A DNA stretch of 32,463 nt, from the NCBI GenBank assembly GCA_964581145.1, contig CAZONU010000004.1:1-32463 (forward strand), given 5' to 3'. Position 1 is the stretch's first letter, and each line of letters starts with the position of its first letter. Position numbers and translations under genes: made by a program. Shown piece after piece: positions 1-9,300 of the stretch. Origin of the DNA: an uncultured Planctomycetia bacterium (GTDB taxonomy: Bacteria; Planctomycetota; SZUA-567; JAKLDR01). A model generated the notes under the pieces. That model did no database searches. It was given only the letters and a program-made list of their open reading frames with translations, and was not told the origin of the DNA.

Positions 1-183
1 GGCCTGTTACGTGTGCGCGCCGTGCAGATTGCCTCGGGAACCGGCAGCGCTTGAGCCTCGGCCCGAGGTCCGGCGCGCGCTCCCCGCGGGTTTCGTTTCA
101 CCTTCTCGGTCCGCTGAATCCCTTAAGGGCATGGTGCTGCCGCGGTATCGCCCCGAGCGCGTGTCAGTTGCGGTGGTTCCCTC

Positions 184-212
184 TTGACCCGCAAAGGGGA
201 GGAGAGTATCCT
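184..212 (+). promoter_or_regulatory. sigma70-type promoter TTGACC-N17-TATCCT
   Basis: -35 at 184-189 and -10 at 207-212 with a 17-nt spacer, ~40 nt upstream of GGAGG + GTG255. Confidence 0.6.
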
Positions 213-254
213 CAACCGAGCAGCGTGTCCCCGCCGGGCGAAGGAGGTCGAGGC

Positions 255-1598
255 GTGTACTGCATCGAGTGCGGGAGTCATAACCTGGACCGGGCCAAGT
301 TCTGCCAGCAGTGCGGCGCGGAGATGCCCGCCCCGCTCAAGGGCCTGCCGGCCGGCGAGGCGGAAGCCGCGCCTCCAGCGGCCCGGCCCGCTGTTCCCGT
401 GGGCCTGCCGGTCGAGCCCGCGCCGGAGAAGGAAAAGGCCGCAGAGCCCCCCGCCGGGGAGAAGCCCGAGGAGCCCGCCGCCGCCGCGGAGGAGAAGGAA
501 ACCGAAGAGAAGGAAGAAGCCACTCCCGAGGAGGAAGCGGAGCCCGAGCCGACCGCCGAGGAGAAGCAAGCCGCAGAGGAAGCGGAGCCGGCGGAGGCAG
601 AGGAGAAGGAAGAAGCCGCCGCTCCCCAGGAGAAAAAGGAGCCCGAAGCGCCCGCCGAGCCGGCAGCGCCGCCCTCCTCCCCCGCGGCCGCGCCGCTCGC
701 GGAGGTGCCCCAGGCCATCCCGGTCATGAAGATAACCGTCCCGCCGGAGGCCAAGCCGGCGCCTGCGCCGCAGGGAGAAACAACGCAGCCGACTTTGGCG
801 CAGGCCAGGGTGGAGACGGAAGCCACGCAGCCCACGCTGCCCCAGGCCGCGGCCCGGCCGCTGGCCCGGCCCCCGGCCTGGCCGCCGGAGCCGCCCAAGG
901 CCATGAAGGTGCTGGGGACCCTCTGCATCATCGCCGGGTCGCTGAACACATTGATAAACACCATTGCGCCGGTCATCGCGATGCTCGTCCTTTGGAACAA
1001 GCGCGGCGCGGAGCTCGCCCTGGTGGCCGTTCCCGTCGCGGGGCTGATCTGGCTGGGCTATTCGCTGCTGCTCCTGGTGGGCGGCATCGGCATGGTCCGC
1101 GGGCGGCCCTGGGGCCGCAGCCTGTGCCTGTTCTTCGCCTGGACGAGCGTGCTGGTCATGATCTACAGCATCCTGGGCCTGGGAGTGGTGGAGGTCATCA
1201 TTAACCTTCGCGGCGCGGCGTTGCCCACGAGAGTTCTGGTCGTGGCCGCGCTCTTCGTCCCGGCGTTGACCGTCGTGCTGCTCATGGGCCTCCTCACCGG
1301 GCGGATCAAGCGCTGGGCGGAGTTCATGGCCGCCGGTCCGGGGGTGATTCCGCCGGCCCGGCCGGAGCTGAGCATGCCGGCGGCCTTCAGCCTTCTCATC
1401 AGCCTGGTCCCGTTTCCGCCGTTCGCCCATATGTACTCGATCATCCTGGGCTTCGTGGGCCTCAGGCAGATAGCTCGCTCAAAGGGCCGGAAGTGCGGCC
1501 GGGGCAAGGCCATTGCCGGAACAGTCATCTCCGGCCTGGTGCTGCTGGTGCTGGTGGGGGGCGTGGTCGCGGCGATAGTCGCTGCGAGCAACCGGTAG
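255..1598 (+). CDS. zinc-ribbon domain membrane protein with Glu/Pro/Ala-rich linker and C-terminal DUF4190-like domain
   Basis: GTG255 follows GGAGG (243-247). N-terminal CIECG...FCQQCG ribbon, long acidic linker, several hydrophobic helices, and the DUF4190-like motif IILGFVGLRQIARSKGRKCGRGKAIAG. The ORF-track start at 51 is probably too early. Confidence 0.8.
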   Translation: MYCIECGSHNLDRAKFCQQCGAEMPAPLKGLPAGEAEAAPPAARPAVPVGLPVEPAPEKEKAAEPPAGEKPEEPAAAAEEKETEEKEEATPEEEAEPEPTAEEKQAAEEAEPAEAEEKEEAAAPQEKKEPEAPAEPAAPPSSPAAAPLAEVPQAIPVMKITVPPEAKPAPAPQGETTQPTLAQARVETEATQPTLPQAAARPLARPPAWPPEPPKAMKVLGTLCIIAGSLNTLINTIAPVIAMLVLWNKRGAELALVAVPVAGLIWLGYSLLLLVGGIGMVRGRPWGRSLCLFFAWTSVLVMIYSILGLGVVEVIINLRGAALPTRVLVVAALFVPALTVVLLMGLLTGRIKRWAEFMAAGPGVIPPARPELSMPAAFSLLISLVPFPPFAHMYSIILGFVGLRQIARSKGRKCGRGKAIAGTVISGLVLLVLVGGVVAAIVAASNR

Positions 1599-1641
1599 CG
1601 GCAGAAGAACATATCGAACGGGGGTGCAGGAGGGCCCGTGC

Positions 1642-2667
1642 CTACCTGTTCGGCTCGATGATGACCTTGAGGCTCTCGCCGGCCTCGGCGGTCAGGCGGA
1701 AGCCCTCGGCGGCCTCGGCCAGCGGCAGGCGGTGGGTTATCAGCCGCTCGACGTCCACCGCGCCGGAGGCGATGAGCTCAATGGCCTCCTCGGCGTCGGC
1801 CGGGCTGTTGGCGTAGCTGGGCAAGAGGGTAACTCCGTTGCGCCAGAAGTCGTTGACGGGTATGGGCAGCTCCACGCCGGGCGGGGGCACCGCGAAGAAG
1901 AGCACCGTGCCCCCGCGGTCAACCGACGCGACCCCCTGCTGTAGCGCGGAGAGCGCGCCGGCGCAGACCACTACCAGGTCGGCGCCGCGGCCGCCGTTGG
2001 CGTCCCTGATGCGCGCGGGAACGTCCTCGGCGGCGGCGAAGACCTCGTCGGCGCCGAGCTCCCGGGCCCTGGACATGCGGTACTCGCTGATGTCCGTGGC
2101 GAAAATGTGTTCAACTCCGCGGGCGCGGGCCAGGGCGATGTGCAGCAGGCCGGAGATGCCGCTGCCCAGCACGGCCAGGGCGTGCTCCGGCTTCAGGCCC
2201 GCGGCGCGCTGGCCGCGCAAGACGCAGGCCAGGGGCTCTATGAAGGTGGCCGCCTCGAAGGACACCGCGTCCGGCAGCGGGAAGACCCCGCGGTCGACGT
2301 TAATGGCCGGCACGCGGACCAGCTCGGCGAAGCCGCCGGGATCGAAGTTGGTGGTGTGCAGGGTCTCGCAGACGGTGTGCTGCCCGGCCCGGCAATATCT
2401 GCACGTGTTACAGGGCACGTGGTGGCTGACGAACACCCGGTCGCCGGGCTCCAAGCGCGTCACCTTCGCGCCGACCCGCTCCACCGTGCCGGCGGCCTCG
2501 TGGCCCAGGACGATGGGCGCCTTCCTGATGCGGTACCACTCCAGGACGTCGGAGCCGCAGATCCCGCAGGCTTCCACACGAAAAAGGAGCTCGTCGGCGC
2601 CGATTTCCGGCACCGGCCGCTCCTCCAGGCGGACGTCGTGGTTGTTGTAGTAGACCGCGGCGCGCAC
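1642..2667 (-). CDS. zinc-dependent MDR alcohol/polyol dehydrogenase (sorbitol/threonine dehydrogenase-like)
   Basis: CGICGSD, GHEAAG, structural Zn site CNTCRYC...C, Rossmann GSGISG; GTG start directly abuts the lsrF stop. Confidence 0.92.
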   Translation of the reverse strand: MRAAVYYNNHDVRLEERPVPEIGADELLFRVEACGICGSDVLEWYRIRKAPIVLGHEAAGTVERVGAKVTRLEPGDRVFVSHHVPCNTCRYCRAGQHTVCETLHTTNFDPGGFAELVRVPAINVDRGVFPLPDAVSFEAATFIEPLACVLRGQRAAGLKPEHALAVLGSGISGLLHIALARARGVEHIFATDISEYRMSRARELGADEVFAAAEDVPARIRDANGGRGADLVVVCAGALSALQQGVASVDRGGTVLFFAVPPPGVELPIPVNDFWRNGVTLLPSYANSPADAEEAIELIASGAVDVERLITHRLPLAEAAEGFRLTAEAGESLKVIIEPNR

Positions 2668-3453
2668 TTACTTGCCGGCCTTGAGGTCCCGGTAGAGCTC
2701 CAGGGCCTGCTGGGCAGAAGCGTCCTCGTGAACCACCGCGCGCACCGCCTGGACCATGGCCACGGGGTGCTCGGCCTGGAAGATGTTGCGGCCCATGTCC
2801 ACGCCGGCGGCGCCGTCGCGGATGGCGCCCGCGGCCAGCTGGAGGGCCTCGGGCTCGGGGATCTTCTTGCCGCCGGCGATGACCACCGGCACCGGGGTGG
2901 ACTTGACCAGCTTGGGGAAGTCCTCGCAGTAGTAGGTCTTGACCAGCTGGCAGCCGATCTCCGCGGCGATGCGGCAGCACAAGCCCAGGTAGCGCACGTC
3001 GCGGACCATCTCCTTGCCCACCGCGGTCACGGCCATGACCGGAAGGCCGTAGCGCTGGCCCTCGTCGATGAGCCTGCCGAGGTTGAGCAGCGTCTGGCGC
3101 TGGCCGGGCCCGCCCACGTAGATGGAAAGGGTGATGCCGGAGGCGCCCAGGCGCACGGCGTCCTCGACGGAGCAGGTGAGCCCCTCGTCGGAGAGCTCGC
3201 CGAGGATGCTGTTGCCGCCGCTCATGCGCAGCATGATCGGCGGGGCGCCGGCCGGGTTCACGCAGGTGCGCAGCATCCCGCGGGTGAGCATCAGGCAGTC
3301 GGCAAAGGGCAGCAGCGGGTCGACCGTGGCCTTGAAGTCCTCCAGGCCGGTGGTCGGCCCCAGGACGTAGCCGTGGTCCACGGCGAACATGACGACGCGC
3401 CCGCTCTCCGGCTGAATGATCCGCGAGAGGCGGTTCTGCATTCCCCAGTCCAT
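2668..3453 (-). CDS. lsrF: LsrF-type class I aldolase/thiolase (DhnA family)
   Basis: MDWGMQNRLSRI...AVDHGY.LGPTTGLE, VKTYY Schiff-base Lys, IAGGKK, GVDMGRNIFQ. Confidence 0.88.
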   Translation of the reverse strand: MDWGMQNRLSRIIQPESGRVVMFAVDHGYVLGPTTGLEDFKATVDPLLPFADCLMLTRGMLRTCVNPAGAPPIMLRMSGGNSILGELSDEGLTCSVEDAVRLGASGITLSIYVGGPGQRQTLLNLGRLIDEGQRYGLPVMAVTAVGKEMVRDVRYLGLCCRIAAEIGCQLVKTYYCEDFPKLVKSTPVPVVIAGGKKIPEPEALQLAAGAIRDGAAGVDMGRNIFQAEHPVAMVQAVRAVVHEDASAQQALELYRDLKAGK

Positions 3454-3493
3454 GTGCGTTCTCCCTTTCCAGACGGGTTTCCGGCGGGAGGAG

Positions 3494-3521
3494 ATTCTAG
3501 GCTATCCGCCGAGCGTGTCAA
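3494..3521 (-). promoter_or_regulatory. sigma70-type promoter TTGACA-N16-TAGAAT for lsrF-dehydrogenase
   Basis: -35 at 3521-3516 (inside the SGNH gene end), -10 at 3499-3494. Confidence 0.55.
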
Positions 3522-4089
3522 CGATGACCCGGGCGACCCGGGCGCCCAGCGCGGCGCAGCCGGGCTCGGTGAAGTGCACCCCGTCGGGGGTCATCATGCC
3601 CTCCGGGCCGCGCTCCTTGACGAGCGAGTAGAGGTCGTCGACGGCCAGGCCCGCTTCCCGGACGGCCTCCAGCGCGGCGGCGTTGTAGGCCTCTACGTCA
3701 GAGTTCTCCCGGGGGAACTCCCTGCTCATGTTCGGCGCGCCGTCAATGACCGGGGTGGTCGTCGCCCAGATGACCCGCGCGCCGGTCTCCTTGAGCTTGG
3801 CGGCCAGCAGGCGCATGTTCTGGGCGTAGTCGGCCGGCGGCACCTGGTACGCGCCCTTCTCGGCCCAGAAGCGCAGGTCATGAAGGCCGGCGTTGGCGTG
3901 GATGACGTCGGGCCTCTCGCCCAGGGCGGCGAGCCACTCGCTCAACCTGGAAAGTACGTTGTGCGTGTCCCCGCCGTTGCCCTCGTGGCGGGCGAGGCGC
4001 GCGCGGCCGGCCAGCTTCTTCGCAACGACCGGCGTGTAACCCATCGAGATGGAATCGCCGATGATGAACACCAGGGGCAGGCCGCTCAC
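3502..4089 (-). CDS. SGNH/GDSL hydrolase family protein
   Basis: IGDSISMGY block I, NAGLHD block III, DGVHF block V; GTG start with AGGGAG RBS. Confidence 0.9.
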   Translation of the reverse strand: MSGLPLVFIIGDSISMGYTPVVAKKLAGRARLARHEGNGGDTHNVLSRLSEWLAALGERPDVIHANAGLHDLRFWAEKGAYQVPPADYAQNMRLLAAKLKETGARVIWATTTPVIDGAPNMSREFPRENSDVEAYNAAALEAVREAGLAVDDLYSLVKERGPEGMMTPDGVHFTEPGCAALGARVARVIVDTLGG

Positions 4090-4113
4090 CGAGTTCTCCC
4101 TTCAGGAAACGGG

Positions 4114-4142
4114 AGCATAGCGCGCCGAAGGCGGACAATCAA
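4114..4142 (-). promoter_or_regulatory. sigma70-type promoter TTGATT-N17-TATGCT for the SGNH gene
   Basis: -35 at 4142-4137, -10 at 4119-4114. Confidence 0.5.
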
Positions 4143-4167
4143 GCGCCCCGGACGGGGTCCGGGGCGC
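4143..4167 (-). terminator. GC-rich hairpin closing the regulator/giant protein/C25 operon
   Basis: 11-bp perfect stem GCGCCCCGGAC/GTCCGGGGCGC with a 3-nt loop, followed on the minus strand by TTGATTGT, ~30 nt after the C25 stop. Confidence 0.6.
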
Positions 4168-4194
4168 GGGGTGGTCAATGGAAGCCGGCGGCGG

Positions 4195-6330
4195 TCACCT
4201 GAGCGCCGGGTCTCCTAACAGGTTAAAACTGCGCAGCACGTCCTCGTGGGCGAGCGGCAGGCGCCGCTTGGCGAGCATCAGCGCGCGGCCCAGGGAGGCC
4301 TTGCGGTCCTCCTTGATTATTTTGGCGATCTCCCGGCCGAGGATGAGCTGGCCCTCCGGGGCGCTCATCCCCGAGGGCGCCACCAGCGCGGCGACGCCCT
4401 TGCCGGGCTCCTTGAGGAGCCTCTCGGCCAGCGAGTCGCTGCCGGTCGTGAAGTTGAAGTGGCCGGCCAGGCAGGCCAGGATCACGCCGGCGGGCAGCTC
4501 TTCGGCACAGAGCGCGGGCACGTCCGCAGCGCGGAGCTCCGTGCCCTTGCCCAGGTAGCCCGTGGCCGCGTGGCCGTAGAAGACGAAGTAGCGCGGCTTC
4601 TTGGCCCAGCCGGCGATGATCTCCGCCCGGACCGCGGCGCTGGTGCCGTAGTCCGAAAAGAGCACCAGGTCGGTCCCGCCCCAGGCGAAGAGGCCGGCGA
4701 TCTCCCGGGCGCCCTCCTCGAAGATGGCCTGGTCGTCGTCGCCGACCACCAGCGCGGCCTGGGAGCCGCCGTACTGGTCGGCGCTGGCCAGCCGCGCGGC
4801 GACCTTGTCGACCATGGCCCCGGCCTCCGCGGCGCTGCGCGCCGGCAGGCGCCCCACGGCCACCTCGGGGTACTCATCGCCGCCGCGGATGCAGCCGAAG
4901 AGGTTGTCGCTGGCCTCCTCGAAGTGCGGGCCCTGGGCCAGGAAGCTGGGCACGAGACCCGCGCCCGGCGCTCCCAGCCGGCCGCGCATGTCCGCGCTGG
5001 CGTCGCCCAGCAGGCAGAGGTACTCGGGCCGGTGATGGCGGGCCAGGGCGCGAATGGCCCCGGGAATCTCCTGGCCGCAGCCGAAGGCGTCGTAGACGGC
5101 ATTGGCGGCGTAGAGGCGCGCGCGGCCGCGCCGGCCGCCGTGGAGGCGGGCCAGGCGCGCGGCGGCTTCGATGTAATCGGCGTGGCTGACCACGAGATAA
5201 CGATGCCCGCCGGTCCGTCGCGCGTCCCAGGGGTCGGCGGCGCGCCCCGAGCTGGCCGAGAGCCGCCCGCCGGGCCCGGCCAGCGCGTAGCTGCGCCGGC
5301 CGGCGGAGCCCGTCACCCACTCGGCGACCCAGGAACCGCCCTGCGGCTTGACGTCGAGCTTCATGAGCTGGGGGCGCGCCGGGTCGGTGACGTCCAGGCC
5401 CACGATGTCGGGGCCGCTGAAGCCGCCGACGGCCACGCGTTGACTCGCGTCCGCGGAAAGCGTCGCGTTGAGGCGGTCGCCGCGCGCAGCCAGCCCGCGC
5501 GGATAGGAGACCTCAATCCAGTCGGCGCACACGAAATCGAAGGTCACCCCGGGGAGCGCCCCCGCGGTGAGCTTCACGGTGTTGGCGCCCTCGACGGCCA
5601 GGCCCGCGGGCAGATCGAAGCTCCCCTCCAGGCGCGCGTTGCCGTTCCAGACCATGGTGCCCACCAGCCGGCCGTTGAAGCGCACCTCCACGCTGTGGTC
5701 CGGGTTTACTCCGGCGACGTCGAAGCAGCCGCGCAGCGCGACCTTGAGCCGCACCGGGCCGGGGGCCAGCGGGCCAGCGAGCTCGGCGGTCAGCTCCAGA
5801 GAGCGGCCGGGCATCAGGAACGTGGAGTAGAACCAGTGCTCCTCGCCGGGCTGGGCGCCGGCCATGCCGCTCATGTAGAACTGGTCTTCCTCGACGTGCA
5901 CGGCCTCAATGTAGCCGGTCGGCCCGTCGGTGACCCTTTTCCCTCCCCTGCCCCGGCGGCGGAAGCGGCTGTAGCGATCGAAGCCCTTCCCGCTCCGGCC
6001 GGCGCGCAGGGGCAGGCTGCCGCCCTTGTAGGGCAGCGCCCGGTTGGATATCAGAAAGGCGCGCTCGGCGGCGTAGAGGCTGTTGTAGGGGGCGGAATAG
6101 GCCTCGATGCTGTCTTTGGTTCGCACGTAGTCGATGCCCCGCCCGCCGGTATAGACGTAGACCCGCCCGCGGCCCAGGCCCCAGGAGGCCAGCTCGGCGT
6201 TCGTGATTCGGAGCACGCCCTCGCCGGGCGCGGTCAGCCGGCGCGCGGAGGGCGCTCCCGCGCGGGCCGAGGCCAGCGGGACAATTGCCGCCAGCAGCGC
6301 GAGCGCCAAAAGTCTGGTTGGCTTTATCAT
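4195..6330 (-). CDS. secreted C25 family (gingipain/PorU-like) cysteine peptidase
   Basis: Signal peptide MIKPTRLLALALLAAIVPLASARA. Motifs VYDAF, YLCLLGDA, SDNLF, PEVAVGRLPARS, catalytic His in VFYGHA and Cys in ILACLAG, terminal FNLLGDPAL. The ATG overlaps the upstream stop (ATGA). Confidence 0.88.
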   Translation of the reverse strand: MIKPTRLLALALLAAIVPLASARAGAPSARRLTAPGEGVLRITNAELASWGLGRGRVYVYTGGRGIDYVRTKDSIEAYSAPYNSLYAAERAFLISNRALPYKGGSLPLRAGRSGKGFDRYSRFRRRGRGGKRVTDGPTGYIEAVHVEEDQFYMSGMAGAQPGEEHWFYSTFLMPGRSLELTAELAGPLAPGPVRLKVALRGCFDVAGVNPDHSVEVRFNGRLVGTMVWNGNARLEGSFDLPAGLAVEGANTVKLTAGALPGVTFDFVCADWIEVSYPRGLAARGDRLNATLSADASQRVAVGGFSGPDIVGLDVTDPARPQLMKLDVKPQGGSWVAEWVTGSAGRRSYALAGPGGRLSASSGRAADPWDARRTGGHRYLVVSHADYIEAAARLARLHGGRRGRARLYAANAVYDAFGCGQEIPGAIRALARHHRPEYLCLLGDASADMRGRLGAPGAGLVPSFLAQGPHFEEASDNLFGCIRGGDEYPEVAVGRLPARSAAEAGAMVDKVAARLASADQYGGSQAALVVGDDDQAIFEEGAREIAGLFAWGGTDLVLFSDYGTSAAVRAEIIAGWAKKPRYFVFYGHAATGYLGKGTELRAADVPALCAEELPAGVILACLAGHFNFTTGSDSLAERLLKEPGKGVAALVAPSGMSAPEGQLILGREIAKIIKEDRKASLGRALMLAKRRLPLAHEDVLRSFNLLGDPALR

Positions 6331-9300
6331 TGGGACTCTCCTTCGCGGCGCGCCGGTGCGACCTTCCCACGGCGTCCGCAGGCTTCAATTTCCTCGATGA
6401 GATACTCGTATGTCCCCGGAGGCGCCTTGTCGCGATGGCGATAGCACTGCCCGCCGGGCTCCCCGCCGGGGGCGCGGACCGGAACTCTGTCCACCTCGCG
6501 CCAGGCGCCGGTGAATTTCTCGAAGCGCTCTCCGCGCGGCGCCGCGCCGCCGGCTTCCTCCTCGATCAGCCCGCCGTGGCGCTCGACCCGGCGGCGCAGC
6601 ACGCGGTAGCCGGCGGTGCCCCGCTCGCCCGCGGCGCTCCAGGTGACCAGCGTCCCGCGCGCCGTTCTCTGAACGCGGGCCTCCAGGCCCTCCGCGGCGG
6701 TCGGGGCCCAGGTGATCGTTCCGGAGGTTTCCATGTCGGTAGCGTCTCCGGAGAGCCAGCCGGCGCCGGAGCCGTATTGGCTGAGGGTCACCGTGCCCCC
6801 GGTGGTGATCTCCACCGCCCGGGTCTTGGTGCCGCCGACGTCGCTGAACCCCATCCCGTAGAAGTTGTGCCCGTTCCAAGCCGCGCCGGTGACTCGCAGG
6901 TAAGGCGTGGCTCCCGCGGCCCCGTCGTAGAAGAGCACGTTGTCAAACACCGTTGTAGTGGAACTCGCCGACAAAGTCAGGCCACCGGAGTTGAGATCAT
7001 AGAAGCGGGCGAAGCGCAGGTCCACGTTGCCGGCCAAGGTCATCGCGTAAGTGCCGCTCGAAGCCTCAACTGTGGCGTAACCGCCGGCCAGCTGGCTGGT
7101 GCCGGCGACTTTGAAGGTGCTGCCGGTACCGGTGGAAAAAGTCGTGTCGGCGCCCAGGCGCAGGGTGGAGTTGCCCTGGAGCTCCATGGTCCCGCTGACC
7201 GTCACGTTCCCATAGCAGGTGAGCAGCTTGCCGGGTTCCACCTTGACCGAGGAGTTCGCGGCGACGGTCAGCACTTTGGCATCGCCGTTGGCGGAGACGA
7301 TCGGCTTGGTGCCCACGTTGGGAACGGTGACATCTATCGAAGGTCCCGGTCCCACGGCCTCGTTGTAGTTGCCCGGCAGGTTGAAGTCGGCGTTGACCGA
7401 GCCGTTCCAGGTGATGGCGGTGACCGACGCGATGGTCTTGAGCCCGCCGGAAACCGGCGCGCCCGAGGGCGTCAGCGGGCCGCCGGTGTTCACGTCGGTC
7501 ACGGTCACATCGGAGTTGTTGAGCAGGCTGACCTTGAAGGTCTCGTTGCCGCTGGCCGCGCCGTTCAGGTCGTAAACCACGATCCAGTTGACCGACGAAC
7601 TCGCGTTAATGCGTTCGGCCGCGAAGTTGAAGGTGAAGTACCCGTCGTTGGCGGGCGGGGCCACCGTGTCAATAGTTGGGTCATCACCGGCATTGTAGAC
7701 GCCGTCGCCGTTGTCCCTCGCCAGGAGTATTGGGTTGGAGATGTCCGTATTGTCGTTGCCGGTGCCGCTGGCCTTGAACCGGATGGAGGTCACGTCCACC
7801 GCGCCGGAGGCCCCGGCGGTGAGCTTGACCTGGATCATGGAAACGTCCTGCTCGTTGTCCTGTACGTAGCTGTCACCGGGGTTGCTGGCGCCGGCGGCCA
7901 GGGTCAGGCTGCTGACCTGGTTGACGGTCAGCGTCCCGCCGGGGACCGGCGCGCCGATCTTGCTGGCGGGCTGCCCGCTGGAGACGCCGGTGGCGGTCAC
8001 GTCCGCGTTGGCGTTCAGCTTCTCGATCAGCGTGCGCCCCAGCGTGGCGCCGCCGGCCATATCGAAAACCAGGATGAACTTGACGTTGCCCCCGGCCGGG
8101 ACGGTGACCGGGAATTCGTCGTCGCCGCTGAAGCTCATGGTGCCGCCGCCGAAGCTGGCCAGGGTGCTGCCCAGCTGCACGTCGGGCCCGCTCAGGACGC
8201 CGTTGCCGTCCACGTCCTTGTAGAGCTCGATGGAAACGACGTCCGCGTCCAGAGCGGAGCCCGAGTGGGTCAGGTCGATCTGGGATATCTCGACGTCCTC
8301 GACGCCGTTGGCGGCGGCCTGAAGCTGCAGAGTGACCACGTCGAGCTGGCCCTGGGCGATGTTGCCGTCGGCAGGATTGGCCGGCCCCGCCGTGAAGGTC
8401 AGCGTGCCGGTGCTGTTTACGGTCAAGACGTTGGAGACCACCGGAGCGCCGCTGACCGAGGCGGCCCCGGCGGTGATGCTGTTGTTGGAGGCCAGCTGGG
8501 CCTGGAAGGTCTCTCCGCCCGAGGCGGTCCCGGGGTCCTTGAAGTCGTAGACCAGCAGCCAGCTCTCGGTCTGCCCGGCGTTGATGACCTCGCTGAGCCC
8601 GCTGAGGGTGATCAATCCATTGTCGCCGCTGTAGGTGCCCGAGCTTATGGAGGGATCGGTGCCCGCGTCGTACTGGCCGTTGGAGTTCACGTCGTTGTAG
8701 AGGTGGACAGTCTGGAGGTCGGTCGAGTCGTGGCCGGTGCCCGAGGCATCGAACTTGATCTCTGTGACGGTAACATCAGCCAACGCCCCGGCGGTGAGCT
8801 TGAGCTGCAGGACTTCTTCTTTCTGGGCGTTGGCGGGTATGCCCTTGGCCGGGGGCATCTGCAGGCCCGCAGCCACGGTCAGCGTCGAAGTCTGCAGCGT
8901 TATGGTGCTGGATTCCTGAAGCACCGGGCCGTTGTAGAGGTTGGCCTCTGCGTTGGGGTTGTCCACGGTGACGTCGCTGGGGATGTCGTTGTAGTCCGAG
9001 GGGTCCAGGAGGGCAAGCTTTATGGTTTCTCCAGCCGAGCCCGTCCCGGAGAGGTCCAGGACGAACAGGAAGGTCTGCTCCTCCCCCGCGGGGATCTGGT
9101 ACCCACCGCTAATCTGAATGCGACAGCCGTTGGGGTCGGTGGCGGGCGGCGGTGCGGGGTTGTAGGTGTTGAATGTCCCGTTGGCGATTTCGAAGTCGCC
9201 GCCGTTCACGGTGCCGTCCCCGTCTACGTCCCGATAGAAGCGCACGGCGGTCACGTCCGTCGATCCGGTGATGGTGCCGCTGTTCCAGATCACTAGATCG

